Below, one piece after another: positions 10,399 to 19,754 of a stretch of DNA of 64,000 bases; positions within the stretch are counted from its first letter, which is position 1; the number at the start of each line of letters is the position of its first letter. The stretch covers positions 852,872 through 916,871 of the forward strand of contig CAWGLN010000001.1 in NCBI GenBank assembly GCA_963823435.1, in the 5' to 3' direction. The translations under genes were made by a program, and so were the position numbers. Source of the stretch: an uncultured Gammaproteobacteria bacterium (GTDB lineage: Bacteria > Pseudomonadota > Gammaproteobacteria > Steroidobacterales > BM003). Under the pieces are notes generated by a model. The model was not told where the DNA came from. It saw nothing but the letters and a program-made list of their open reading frames with translations, and did not search any database.

Positions 10399-10840
10399 AT
10401 GAAAAGAATAGTTACAGCCATACTGCTGTCGTGTGTCGTGCCCGCACTGCTTCCGGCAGTAGCCAGCGCGGATTCGCTGTTGCCGCTGGATTCGCAGCGC
10501 GCCCACCTGTACCTGATGCGACCGGATGTGGGAGCCAATGAGAAGGAGGTCCTGGCCTCCGTGGATGGCGAGCCGGCCGGTCAAATCGGGATCAATCAGT
10601 ACCTGGTAGTCAGCCTGCCACCGGGAGAACATGAGTTGCTCCTGGATAGCGGGGGCTTGCCGGAAAAGAAAACGCTGCACATCGGCCCCGCTGACGGCGC
10701 ATATATTTACATGCAGGTCGCTGGGGCCCTCGACAACTACAGGTTGGTACTCAATGACATGACGCGAGACGTGGCCGGGCGTTACCTGAAACGCAGCAAG
10801 TCGGCCGGGGACCTGCCGGTAATGCTGGATACAGTTGCTC
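10399..10840 (+). CDS. Secreted DUF2846-like protein (3' end uncertain)
   Basis: It has a signal peptide (MKRIVTAILLSCVVPALLPAVASA) and the typical DUF2846 pattern (LYLMRP..VDGEPAGQIG.NQYLVVSLPPGEHEL). Its frame stays open to 11115, overlapping the next gene out of frame, so the true stop is unclear. Confidence 0.5.
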
Positions 10841-11347
10841 GCGCCGTATGTCGCGTCTGCGCCATCACCGATCCCGGCGACCGCAGTGGCGGTGGCGGCA
10901 GCGGCGACTCCCGCGCTCCCGGCGGCGGCTTCCGCGGGATTGCCCTCGGGGATAAGTATTGTGACCCTGGGTGTACTGGACCTGGAGCGCTCGGTGCGTT
11001 TCTATACCCAGGGCCTGGGTTTGAGTCTTTCCTCCCACAGCAATCGGGATATCGCCTTTTTCGAGCTCGCGGGCAGTTGGCTGGCGCTTTATTCGCGTGC
11101 TGCGCTGGCGGCTGATGCTGGTATGGCGGCGGGCGAGCCGGGCGCGTTCACCGGGATAACCCTGGCACACAATGTTGCCGACCGGGAAACCGTAGACAAA
11201 GTTCTGCAGACGGCGGTTGCGGCTGGGGCGGACATCGTAAAACCCGCGCAGGACGCTTTCTGGGGAGGCTACTCCGGCTATTTCAAGGACCCGGACGGGT
11301 ACCTTTGGGAAGTTGCCTGGAATCCTGGGTTGCCCATGCGCCAATAG
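10835..11347 (+). CDS. VOC (glyoxalase/bleomycin-resistance) family protein
   Basis: ISIVTLGVLDLERSVRFYTQGLG...FKDPDGYLWEVAWNP is a classic VOC domain. The domain proper begins near TTG 10941. The Ala/Pro-rich stretch at 10835-10940 may be a linker or non-coding. Confidence 0.7.
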   Translation: MLAPYVASAPSPIPATAVAVAAAATPALPAAASAGLPSGISIVTLGVLDLERSVRFYTQGLGLSLSSHSNRDIAFFELAGSWLALYSRAALAADAGMAAGEPGAFTGITLAHNVADRETVDKVLQTAVAAGADIVKPAQDAFWGGYSGYFKDPDGYLWEVAWNPGLPMRQ

Positions 11348-11621
11348 CGCCGCGCGTCCGTTATCAAGTTGAGATGCGGGCGCCACTTCCCTGTGGTCGC
11401 CCGCACCTCCTTTTAGAGCCCCTTCCCTGGGGCTGTGCCCTGTCTGATTCATGCACAAGGTATACTCGCTCCCGCATGGTGTGGCGGCAAACGGTGTTTC
11501 AACCGGATCAGCCGGAAAAGCCCTGGATCGGTTAAACTAAGGCGACTTTTCCGGTCGCGACATTTTTGGGGCGGGCGGTGTGCTTAAGCCGTCTCCGGCA
11601 TCCAGTGGATGGAGCAGAATC

Positions 11622-12017
11622 ATGAAATACGTTGTAAAAACAGACCAGTCAGTAGACCAGGCAGCCAGCGCGCTGGAGGCTGCCGTAGCCAGGCACAACT
11701 TTGGGGTATTACACGTATACGACCTGAAGCAGACGCTCAAGGGCAAGGGTTTTGACTTGCCCAATGAGTGCCGTATTTACGAGGTATGCAATCCGGCCCA
11801 GGCACTGAAGGTTCTTGCCAGCGACATGAGTATGAATATGGCCCTTCCATGTCGTATCAGTGTTTACCAGGAAGAAGGCAAAACATGTGTGGGGATGATA
11901 TTGCCGACTTTGTTGCTGGCATCGCTGTCAGACGCCGGCGGGCTGGTTGAAGTGGCGGCATTTGTAGAAAAGGAGACCCGCGCCATGATTGATGAAGCCT
12001 GCCAGGGCGTCCCCTAG
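11622..12017 (+). CDS. DUF302 domain protein
   Basis: 131 aa with GGAG before ATG 11622. NFGVLHVYDLKQTLKGKGFDL..CRIYEVCNP...ALPCRISVY matches the DUF302 pattern. Confidence 0.75.
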   Translation: MKYVVKTDQSVDQAASALEAAVARHNFGVLHVYDLKQTLKGKGFDLPNECRIYEVCNPAQALKVLASDMSMNMALPCRISVYQEEGKTCVGMILPTLLLASLSDAGGLVEVAAFVEKETRAMIDEACQGVP

Positions 12018-12043
12018 CCTGCCGGAACGATTGAGAGCCCTTC

Positions 12044-12961
12044 ATGCAACAGCATTCTCATGCGTCCGATGGCTACAACCGCTTGTTCGCGTTGGGCGTG
12101 ATCCTGAACGTGGTCTTTGTGCTGGTCGAAGCAGTGGCGGGGTTTTTATCGAACTCACTGGCCTTGCTGGCCGATGCCGGGCACAACCTGGCGGACGTGC
12201 TGACCCTGTTGCTTGCCTGGGGCGCACACGCTTTATCTGGCAGCCGCCCGACCCATCGACATACTTATGGTCTTCGACGCAGCACCATCCTGGCGTCACT
12301 GGTCAGCGCCCTGGTGTTGTATTCGGCCATGGGCGCCATGGCCTGGGAAGCCGTGGGGCGGTTTCAGTCCCAGGTGCAAGTGTCAGGGAGCGTGGTCATT
12401 GTCGTGGCGTTCGTGGGCATGCTGGTCAACGGGCTGACCGCAATGCTGTTTGCGCGTGACCGTCACCGCGATCTGAATATTCGAGGCGCTTTTCTGCACA
12501 TGGCCGCCGATGCCCTGGTTTCGCTGGGCGTGGTAATCACCGGCTTTTTGCTTCTGTACACCGGCTGGCTGTGGCTGGATTCAGCCATTTCCCTGGCGAT
12601 TATCCTGGTGGTCCTGATATCCGGCTGGGGTCTGCTCCGGGAGTCCCTGAACCTGGCCGTAGACGCCGTGCCGGCACACATAGACGCGATGCAGGTAAGG
12701 GACTACCTGGGCAAGCTGCCGGGTGTCGTACAAGTGCATGATTTACATATTTGGGCAATGAGCACGACCGAGACTGCGCTGACCGCCCACCTGGTGATGC
12801 CGGAGCAGCAGGGGAATGCCGATCCTTTCCTGGTACAGACTGCGGCGTGCCTGCATGAGCGGTTCAACATCCAGCATGCCACCTTGCAGATTGAGAGCAG
12901 TCTTGAGCAATGGCCTTGTCGGGTGGATTGTGACCCGGTGGCCCTGACGCCTGGCTTGTAG
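12044..12961 (+). CDS. czcD: Cation diffusion facilitator (Zn/Co/Cd efflux, CzcD/ZitB-like)
   Basis: SNSLALLADAGHNLADV, HMAADALVSLGV and a C-terminal cytoplasmic domain ending HATLQIE. It lies 26 nt downstream of the DUF302 gene. Confidence 0.85.
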   Translation: MQQHSHASDGYNRLFALGVILNVVFVLVEAVAGFLSNSLALLADAGHNLADVLTLLLAWGAHALSGSRPTHRHTYGLRRSTILASLVSALVLYSAMGAMAWEAVGRFQSQVQVSGSVVIVVAFVGMLVNGLTAMLFARDRHRDLNIRGAFLHMAADALVSLGVVITGFLLLYTGWLWLDSAISLAIILVVLISGWGLLRESLNLAVDAVPAHIDAMQVRDYLGKLPGVVQVHDLHIWAMSTTETALTAHLVMPEQQGNADPFLVQTAACLHERFNIQHATLQIESSLEQWPCRVDCDPVALTPGL

Positions 12962-13057
12962 CCGATGAGGCCGGATTGCGTCGGTCAGTTGGCGTGCGTC
13001 TTTACACTTCCCGGCGAGAATCTGTTGTCACCTCGTCGGCTTTTTCGGAATGGAATT

Positions 13058-15589
13058 ATGCGTTGTACTTTTGGTCTTGTTTCACTGCTGTCCATGCCTG
13101 GCGCTCAGTCCGCATGGCCCATGGTCAGAGCACCTGCCGCCACCGACCAGGCAAGTACAGCAGGTCCCCGGCGGCAATCGATGCCGCAGATATCCCGCTG
13201 GCGGCAGAACGTGCTGCGGGTAGAGCTGGAATTCAAGAAGGAGACCTTGCAAAGCTCCTCGGCCGAGGCCTCACTTGAAGCACTGGCTTGAGGATCTGGC
13301 TCTCCAGGGCCGCACCATCCTGGACAATCCGTCCGCGACCAGGCCGGAAGAGCTGAATCTCCGGGCGCGTGACCGGTATCAGACAAAGATGGTCTGGAAC
13401 TTGAAAGCCGAAAGTGAAAAATTTGAACGTGCCCTGGACAAGGAAGTGTCCGCGCTTACAGAAGGAACGGGACAATGCTGAAATCGCTGACCCAGACCTG
13501 GGAGGCGACCTCGCAGGCCTACCCCGGAAATGAATTGGCGCCGGCATTGAAGGAGCGTGTCAACGCCACCCTGGCACTGACACAGGACCTGGACAACGCT
13601 GTATGCGAAAAAGCTGACTTACCCTGTCACAAGCTGTACCGGAAGGCGAGATCCGAGAGCCGTGTCCTCGACGACGTGCTCGATCGCTTTGCCGCTGCCG
13701 AAAAGACCACCAGGGCAATGATGTTCTCCAAAGACAGCCCCCCAATCTGGCGCGTTTTTGATGCACCTTCGGACGAACCGGTGCGCGTAAAGACACGGTG
13801 AGAAAATCGTTGCGCTGGCACAGAGCTGACTTGCGCGCCTTGTTTTCCGCCTATCGCATGCCGTTGATTTATTCATGGCCTGATATAGCCTGGCCTTCCT
13901 GGGGGTGACTCTGCCGCTGGCGAGGCGGCGCAAGCAATGGAAGGAAAACGCCTTTTCTTGCCGAGGCTGTGAAGCTGTTCGCAACCCCGGTGTCGTTGGC
14001 GCTGTTGATGGGTTTGCTGTATCAGCTCGCTTGTTTTTCGACGACCATCCCATTGCGTATTCTGGACCTGCGCGCCACGCTTCTCGCGCTATTGACACTG
14101 CGTGTCATGTCACCAGGTATTTGAAGGCCGAATCAGAAAGATGCTGTATCTCAGCGTGGGCCTGACGATTGCTGCAAAGCTGACTGACATGACGGCCGAT
14201 TTTGGCCTGGCGGAGCGCTTCGGCTTGCTGGCCCTGAATCTGGCGGCCATCGTCTTCATGAACTACCTGGGCCGCGCCCTGCCGAGCGAGCCCGGCCAGC
14301 ATCGCTGGTGGGCGTGGGCGAGGATCTTGGCAAAAATCACCCAGCCTGCTGCTGGCTGTGGCCCTGGTCTCCAACCTGCTGGGCAATGTTTCGCTCGCCC
14401 AGGCCATCGTCATCGGTGTCATTTATTCAACAATGGCGCTGTGATCCTGGCGTCTGGCGTGCTGATCCTGGAGGCCATGATCATGGCCTTGCTGCAGATC
14501 CAGGGCTTGCCTCAACCAAGGGCCTTGCAGCACCACCGTGACCTGATCCAGCAGCGCTTGTTCAAGGGGATACGTGTGCTGGCCTTTTTGGCTTGGATTT
14601 ATTACACGCGTCACATTCTTCCGGGTCCGGAAACTGGATAACGAGTCACCTGGTCCAGTGGCTTACTTACCGCGTGCAGACTGGGGAGCCTGGATCTGGC
14701 CGCCATGGACCTGATTGTCTTTGTTGGCACCGTGTACGTAGCCACCCTGTTGTCTCGCTTCGTGCGCTTTGTTCTGGATGAAGAGGTTTATCCGCGTGTC
14801 GCGCTGGGTCGCGGCTTGCCTTCCACGATTTCAGTGTTGACCAACTACGGCATCCTGACCCTGGGCTTTTTTGTAGCGATTTCGGTGGCCGGTATCGACC
14901 TGAGTCGGCTGACAATTATCCTTGGCGCGCTGAGTGTGGGTATAGGCTTCGGCCTGCAAAATGTAGTGAACAATTTCGTTTCCGGTTTGATACTCGTGTT
15001 CGAACGTCCGATACAGGTCGGGGACACCGTTGAAGTCGGTCAGTTGCTGGGCCACGTAAAACGCATAGGTTTTCGGTCCAGCACTGTGCGCACTTATGAC
15101 GGGGCGGAGGTAATCGTTCCCAATGGCAACCTGATTGCATCGGAAGTCATAAACTGGACCCTGTCTGACCGGACCCGCCGTATCATTATCCCGTTGGGGT
15201 GGCTTATGGATCTGACCCCAAGCAGGTATTGGAGGTACTGGGTGAGGTGGTACTGACGCAACCGGGGATACTGTCGCATCCGGCCCCGAATGTAATTTTT
15301 CAGGGTTTCGGTGACAGTTCGCTTAACTTCTCGGTCCGCGGCTGGATCCAGGACTTTGAAGAAATTTTGCAGAATTTCCAGCGACTTGTCGGTAAGGATT
15401 TACGCGGCCCTGAACAAGGCCGGTATCGAGATTCCCTTCCCCCAGAGAGACTTGCACCTGCGCTCGGTTTCGCCAGGCATTACCTTGTCCGCGCCGGTCC
15501 CGCGACACCGGATGCGCCCAAAGAGTAAGACAGGCAAAGTGCCGGTGTATTTCTGTTTTCCACAGTGTAGTCTTCCGGGTCTGCTATAG
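13058..15589 (+). pseudogene. Large MscS-family mechanosensitive channel (MscK/MscM-like, long N-terminal extension), multiply frame-disrupted
   Basis: The MscS core is unmistakable: GALSVGIGFGLQNVVNNFVSGLILVFERPIQVGDTVEVG..VIVPNGNLIASEVINWTLSD, then VAYGSDPKQVLEVL and IYAALNKAGIEIPFPQRDLHL in other frames. Upstream TM and coiled-coil segments are scattered over all three frames, with a signal-like start at ATG 13058. There are at least eight frame changes, two of them at GGGG runs (14683-14686 and 15196-15199). The 3' end is uncertain (15528 or 15589). Confidence 0.65.
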
Positions 15590-15633
15590 TTTGCTGCAAT
15601 ATCAGGACGGTTTTTCAAGGTGAGTAAAGAGTC

Positions 15634-16203
15634 ATGAAACAGGTTGCGATAATAGTGATGCTCTCGGCGCTGGGTCTTGGTGCCTGCGCGGTCAGTCAGA
15701 CCAGTACGGGCTGGGATCCCGATCGAAGTACTGCCGCCCCGGATAAGCAGGCCAGCAACAAAGCTGTGGCGGCGGCCATTGCCAGTTTCAAGAATGCCGA
15801 TCCGGGTATTTCGCGCTTCTTCGATAACGCCGAGGGCTACGCGGTGTTCCCCTCGATTGGCAAGGGGGGTGCGGTAGTAGGTGGTGCCTACGGCAATGGC
15901 GAGGTCTATCACCGCGGCCGCCTGGTTGGCCGCAGTTCCATCACCCAGGTCACCGTAGGTTTTCAATTGGGTGGCCAGGCTTATAGTGAAATAATCTTTT
16001 TCCGGGACCGCTCGGATCTTGAAGACTTCCGCAAGGGGAATTTCGAGTTCGGCGCGCAGGTCTCGGCGGTGGCAGTCACCGCAGGCGCATCGGCCAATGC
16101 CGGGTACAGTAACGGGGTGGCGGTGTTTACCCTGGCCAAGGGTGGCCTGATGTACGAGGCAACGGTTGCCGGCCAGAAATTCAATTTCACACCCATCGAG
16201 TAA
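15634..16203 (+). CDS. SYLF/YSC84-like (DUF500) lipoprotein
   Basis: It has a lipobox (LSALGLGAC), then AEGYAVFPSIGKGGAVVGGAYGNGEV..GFQLGGQAYSEIIFF, which is typical of the SYLF domain. Confidence 0.75.
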   Translation: MKQVAIIVMLSALGLGACAVSQTSTGWDPDRSTAAPDKQASNKAVAAAIASFKNADPGISRFFDNAEGYAVFPSIGKGGAVVGGAYGNGEVYHRGRLVGRSSITQVTVGFQLGGQAYSEIIFFRDRSDLEDFRKGNFEFGAQVSAVAVTAGASANAGYSNGVAVFTLAKGGLMYEATVAGQKFNFTPIE

Positions 16204-16218
16204 CGCCAGGCACAGGAT

Positions 16219-16708
16219 GTGGCCATGCTTGAGTTGAGATCCCAGGGATTCGAACACGGCGGCGAGATGCCGGCCCGGTATACCTGCGACGGCAAGAATA
16301 TTTCCCCTCCGCTGATATGGGCTGGAGTGCCTGACGGTACAAAGAGCCTTGCCTTGGTCATCGATGATCCGGATGTCCCGGATCCGAAGGCGCCTACCCG
16401 TGTGTGGGTGCACTGGCTGCTGTATAACATTCCCGCGCAAGTCAGGTCGCTGCCCGAGGCGAATGCGGGAAGTCAGCCTGCCCGAGGGGACCCTGGCCGG
16501 CCGGAATGATTGGGGTAAGGCCGGCTATGGCGGCCCCTGCCCACCTATCGGGCGGCACAGATATTTCCACAAACTCTATGCCCTGGATACGGTCCTGCCC
16601 GATCTCTCCCTGCCCGACAAAGAGCGGTTAATTGAAGCCATGCAAGGGCATGTGCTCGGTGAGTGCGAGTTGGTGGGTACCTACTGCAGGCAGCGTTGTA
16701 GCGATTAA
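16219..16708 (+). CDS. YbhB/YbcL (PEBP, Raf-kinase-inhibitor-like) family protein, frame-disrupted
   Basis: YTCDGKNISPPL.W..VP..TKSLALVIDDPD is in frame 1. GRNDWGKAGYGGPCPPIGRHRYFHKLYALD is in frame 2. They are repairable at GGG 16467-16469. The length is 3n+1. Confidence 0.8.
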
Positions 16709-17790
16709 CTGGCCAGGCGCACGGGAACCCGCCGGTTACCCCAGTGCCCCGGCCGTGCCTCGAATACACCAGGCAGGGTCGCGCCGCAACTGACGCAGCA
16801 ACCTTTTTCGTCGAGTCCCCATTCGCCCAGCCAGTAACCATTGCGTTCAATCAACATGGCCTGGCATTTGTGGCAGTGTGTGCTTTGTCCCTTCGGATCA
16901 TAGACATTGCCTGTGTAGGCATACCTGACGCCGTTCGCCATGGCCAGTTCGCGTGCCCGCATGAGCGTTGCAGGGGGCGTGGGGGCGTAGTCGAGCATCT
17001 TCCAGTCAGGGTGAAAAGCGGTAAAGTGCATGGGCACGTCGGGACCCAGCTCAGACACCACCCATCGTGTCATCTTGTCCAGTTCCTGGTCCGAGTCGTT
17101 CTCGCCCGGAATAAGCAGTGTGGTCAATTCCAGCCAGGTCTTGGTTTCTTGCTTTATGTACACCAGCGTTTCCAGGACATCGCGCAGGTGTCCGCCGCAC
17201 AGCTTGTGGTAGAAGTCCTCGGTGAACGCCTTGAGGTCGACATTGGCAGCATCGATATGAGCGAAGAACTCACGCCGTGGCTCGGGGCATATATACCCGG
17301 CTGTCACCGCAACGCTCTTGATGTCCTGCTGGTGTGCCGCCCGCGCTACATCAATGGCGTATTCCATAAAGATGACCGGGTCGTTATAGGTATAGGCGAT
17401 ACTCCGGCACGCGTGTTCCAGGGCGGACCTGACCAGTTGCTCGGGAGATGCCTGGTCAGCCAGGGTATCCATTTCCCGGGACTTGCTCATATCCCAGTTC
17501 TGGCAAAACTTACAGGCCAGGTTGCAGCCGGCTGTTCCAAAAGACAGGACCGGCGTGCCGGGCAGGAAATGGTTGAGGGGCTTTTTTTCTATCGGGTCTA
17601 TGCAGAACCCGCTGGATCGACCGTAGCTGAAGAGCTTGATCGAGTCGTCTTTACGACCGCGTATAAAACACAGACCTCGTTGCCCTTCATTGAGCTTGCA
17701 GTAGCGGGGGCAGAGATCGCACTGCACCTTCCCGTTATCCAGCAGGTGCCAGAAATGTGTGTCAACGACAGTGTGGAGCGCGGTAGCCAT
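16705..17790 (-). CDS. AmmeMemoRadiSam system radical SAM enzyme
   Basis: 361 aa with CDLCPRYCKL at the N-terminus and the radical-SAM cluster motif GCNLACKFCQNW. It is divergent from Memo-like and AMMECR1 genes. Confidence 0.85.
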   Translation of the reverse strand: MATALHTVVDTHFWHLLDNGKVQCDLCPRYCKLNEGQRGLCFIRGRKDDSIKLFSYGRSSGFCIDPIEKKPLNHFLPGTPVLSFGTAGCNLACKFCQNWDMSKSREMDTLADQASPEQLVRSALEHACRSIAYTYNDPVIFMEYAIDVARAAHQQDIKSVAVTAGYICPEPRREFFAHIDAANVDLKAFTEDFYHKLCGGHLRDVLETLVYIKQETKTWLELTTLLIPGENDSDQELDKMTRWVVSELGPDVPMHFTAFHPDWKMLDYAPTPPATLMRARELAMANGVRYAYTGNVYDPKGQSTHCHKCQAMLIERNGYWLGEWGLDEKGCCVSCGATLPGVFEARPGHWGNRRVPVRLAS

Positions 17791-17891
17791 ATTCCACTAT
17801 TGATCACGTCGGCAATGAGACTATGCTTCAGTATAAGCGCGACATGCGGGGCCCTGTAAATCGTGGCTGACCGCAATGGAGGTGCAATGCG

Positions 17892-18701
17892 ATGGTCGAT
17901 ATGGAAGTCAGGAGACCAGCCGTAGCAGGTATGTTCTATCCCATGGAAGCGGGATTGCTGGCCAGACAGTTGGACGATTTTTTTGCCTGCATGCCACGAA
18001 CCGCACAGGGAAGACCCAAAGCCCTGCCAAAAGCCCTGGTAGTCCCGCATGCGGGGTACGTCTACTCCGGTCCTGTTGCTGCCTCTGCCTACGAACTTTT
18101 GGGCGAGACCACCGAAAGTATCCGACGGGTCGTGTTGCTGGGCCCGTGCCACCACCTGCCCCTTGCCGGCATGGCAGTGCCCGGGAGCGAAGCCTTCGAT
18201 ACACCGCTGGGACGTATACCGCTGGATCTGGCGGGTATTCAACGGGTGTTGGATCTGGACGCTGTGAGTCGTAACGACGAGGCCCATCGCAGGGAGCACA
18301 GTCTTGAGGTTCAGTTGCCGTTTCTGCAGCGCTGCCTGGGCGAGTTCACACTGCTGCCGGTGGTCGTGGGTGCTTGCGAGCCGCAGCAGGTGGCCGAGCT
18401 GATCGAAAGCGAGTGGGGTGATGAGGAAACCCTGCTGGTTGTCAGTACCGATCTTAGCCACTACCAGTCTTACGATCAGGCCAGAGAAACCGACCGGCTG
18501 ACCGCCGGCAAAATACTCTCCCTGCAACCGGATTTGCGCGGTGACCAGGCTTGCGGTTGTTATGCGCTGAATGGCCTGTTGCTGGTAGCCCGGCGGCGGG
18601 CCTTGCCGATTGCTGAAATTGACCTTCGAAATTCGGGCGACACCGCCGGACCGGCTGACCGGGTCGTGGGTTATGGGGCGTTTGCTTTGTATGAATCTTG
18701 A
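17892..18701 (+). CDS. AmmeMemoRadiSam system protein B (MEMO1-like)
   Basis: RRPAVAGMFYP.., ALVVPHAGYVYSGPVAASAY and STDLSHY are Memo-family signatures. Confidence 0.85.
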   Translation: MVDMEVRRPAVAGMFYPMEAGLLARQLDDFFACMPRTAQGRPKALPKALVVPHAGYVYSGPVAASAYELLGETTESIRRVVLLGPCHHLPLAGMAVPGSEAFDTPLGRIPLDLAGIQRVLDLDAVSRNDEAHRREHSLEVQLPFLQRCLGEFTLLPVVVGACEPQQVAELIESEWGDEETLLVVSTDLSHYQSYDQARETDRLTAGKILSLQPDLRGDQACGCYALNGLLLVARRRALPIAEIDLRNSGDTAGPADRVVGYGAFALYES

Positions 18702-19260
18702 TTCGGATCAGCGCGGCCTGTTGCTACGGATTGTCCGCAACAGCCTGGAGTCCGGGCTGCGTCATGGCCGTGCTGCGTTCCCCGACCCCGGGTCATTGCC
18801 GGAGAGTCTGCGACAGCCTGGCGCCTGCTTTGTCACCTTGCACAAGCAAGGACGGCTGCGTGGATGTATAGGATCCCTGGAGGCGAGTGAACCCCTGGCG
18901 CATGCTGTGGCCGGGTCGGCGTTTGCGGCCGGCTTCCAGGACCCGCGGTTTCCGCCGCTAACAGTCGGTGAATTGATGCAGTTGGACCTGGAGATTTCCA
19001 TTCTCAGCCCCATGCAGGACTTGCTTGTGGAATCGGAGCAAGACCTGCTCGAACGTCTGCGGCCGGGAATCGACGGATTGCTGCTCGAAGAGGGTCGGCG
19101 TCATGCCGTGTATCTGCCCTCGGTCTGGACCCAGTTGCCCCAGCCGGCACAGTTCGTGGAACAGCTAAAACTCAAGGGTGGCTGGCCTGCGGATTACTGG
19201 TCGGAAAATATGCGGGTACGGTGTTTTCAAACTGAAACCATAAAAGAACCGGCGGCCTGA
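18691..19260 (+). CDS. AmmeMemoRadiSam system protein A (AMMECR1 domain)
   Basis: ACFVTLHKQGRLRGCIGS.. and DPRFPPL.. match AMMECR1. ATG 18691 overlaps the stop of the Memo-like gene by 11 nt. Confidence 0.85.
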   Translation: MNLDSDQRGLLLRIVRNSLESGLRHGRAAFPDPGSLPESLRQPGACFVTLHKQGRLRGCIGSLEASEPLAHAVAGSAFAAGFQDPRFPPLTVGELMQLDLEISILSPMQDLLVESEQDLLERLRPGIDGLLLEEGRRHAVYLPSVWTQLPQPAQFVEQLKLKGGWPADYWSENMRVRCFQTETIKEPAA

Positions 19261-19343
19261 ACCGTCCTTCCCTGTCTTGCGGTTGGCACTGCGGCAACGC
19301 ATGATGCACACAGGATTTTCCTCGCCCGGCGGAGATTGAGTAC

Positions 19344-19742
19344 ATGGTCGATACACTGGAAGGAGGCTGTCTTTGTGGTGGCCTGCGCTTTGCGGTTGAG
19401 GGCGAGACCAGTTGGTGCGCCCACTGTCACTGTCACATGTGTCAAAAAGCCCACGGGGCGGGCTATGTCACCTGGGTGGGTGTCGCGGACCAGCGCTTTT
19501 CCGTTACCCGGGGTGATGCGAACCTCAAGTGGTTTGATTCGTCTCCGGGAGCCCGGAGAGGATTCTGCGGGATTTGTGGCAGCAGCGTATTTTTTCGCTC
19601 CAGTCGATGGCCCGGCGAGACGCACATTACTTTGGCGAATTTCGACGGACCGATAGACAGGCAGCCCCAGGGCCACGTTAACTATGCGAGCCATGTAGAA
19701 TGGATGCCGATAGACGAGAGCTTGCCGAAAAAGCAGGACTGA
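19344..19742 (+). CDS. GFA (glutathione-dependent formaldehyde-activating / CENP-V) family protein
   Basis: It shows the GGCLCGGLRF..CHCHMCQKAHGA..GFCGICGS zinc-Cys pattern. Confidence 0.8.
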   Translation: MVDTLEGGCLCGGLRFAVEGETSWCAHCHCHMCQKAHGAGYVTWVGVADQRFSVTRGDANLKWFDSSPGARRGFCGICGSSVFFRSSRWPGETHITLANFDGPIDRQPQGHVNYASHVEWMPIDESLPKKQD

Positions 19743-19754
19743 CGCAGACAGACC

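Noticed and set aside
13275-13801. The 68-aa and 108-aa ORFs as a novel small-protein pair, for example a toxin-antitoxin module.
   Set aside because: Their sequences continue sensibly into neighbouring frames. Together they look like the coiled-coil N-terminal extension of the downstream MscS-family channel. There are no RBS or promoter signals of their own.
15400-16440. A 346-aa minus-strand ORF, and similar long antisense ORFs at 16744-17859, 25978-26721, 34597-35691, 43791-44594, 51186-52466, 60947-61909 and 62918-63625.
   Set aside because: They are shadow ORFs typical of GC-rich DNA. Their composition is Arg/Gly/Pro/His-rich and low in complexity. Each lies antisense to a gene with clear family signatures.
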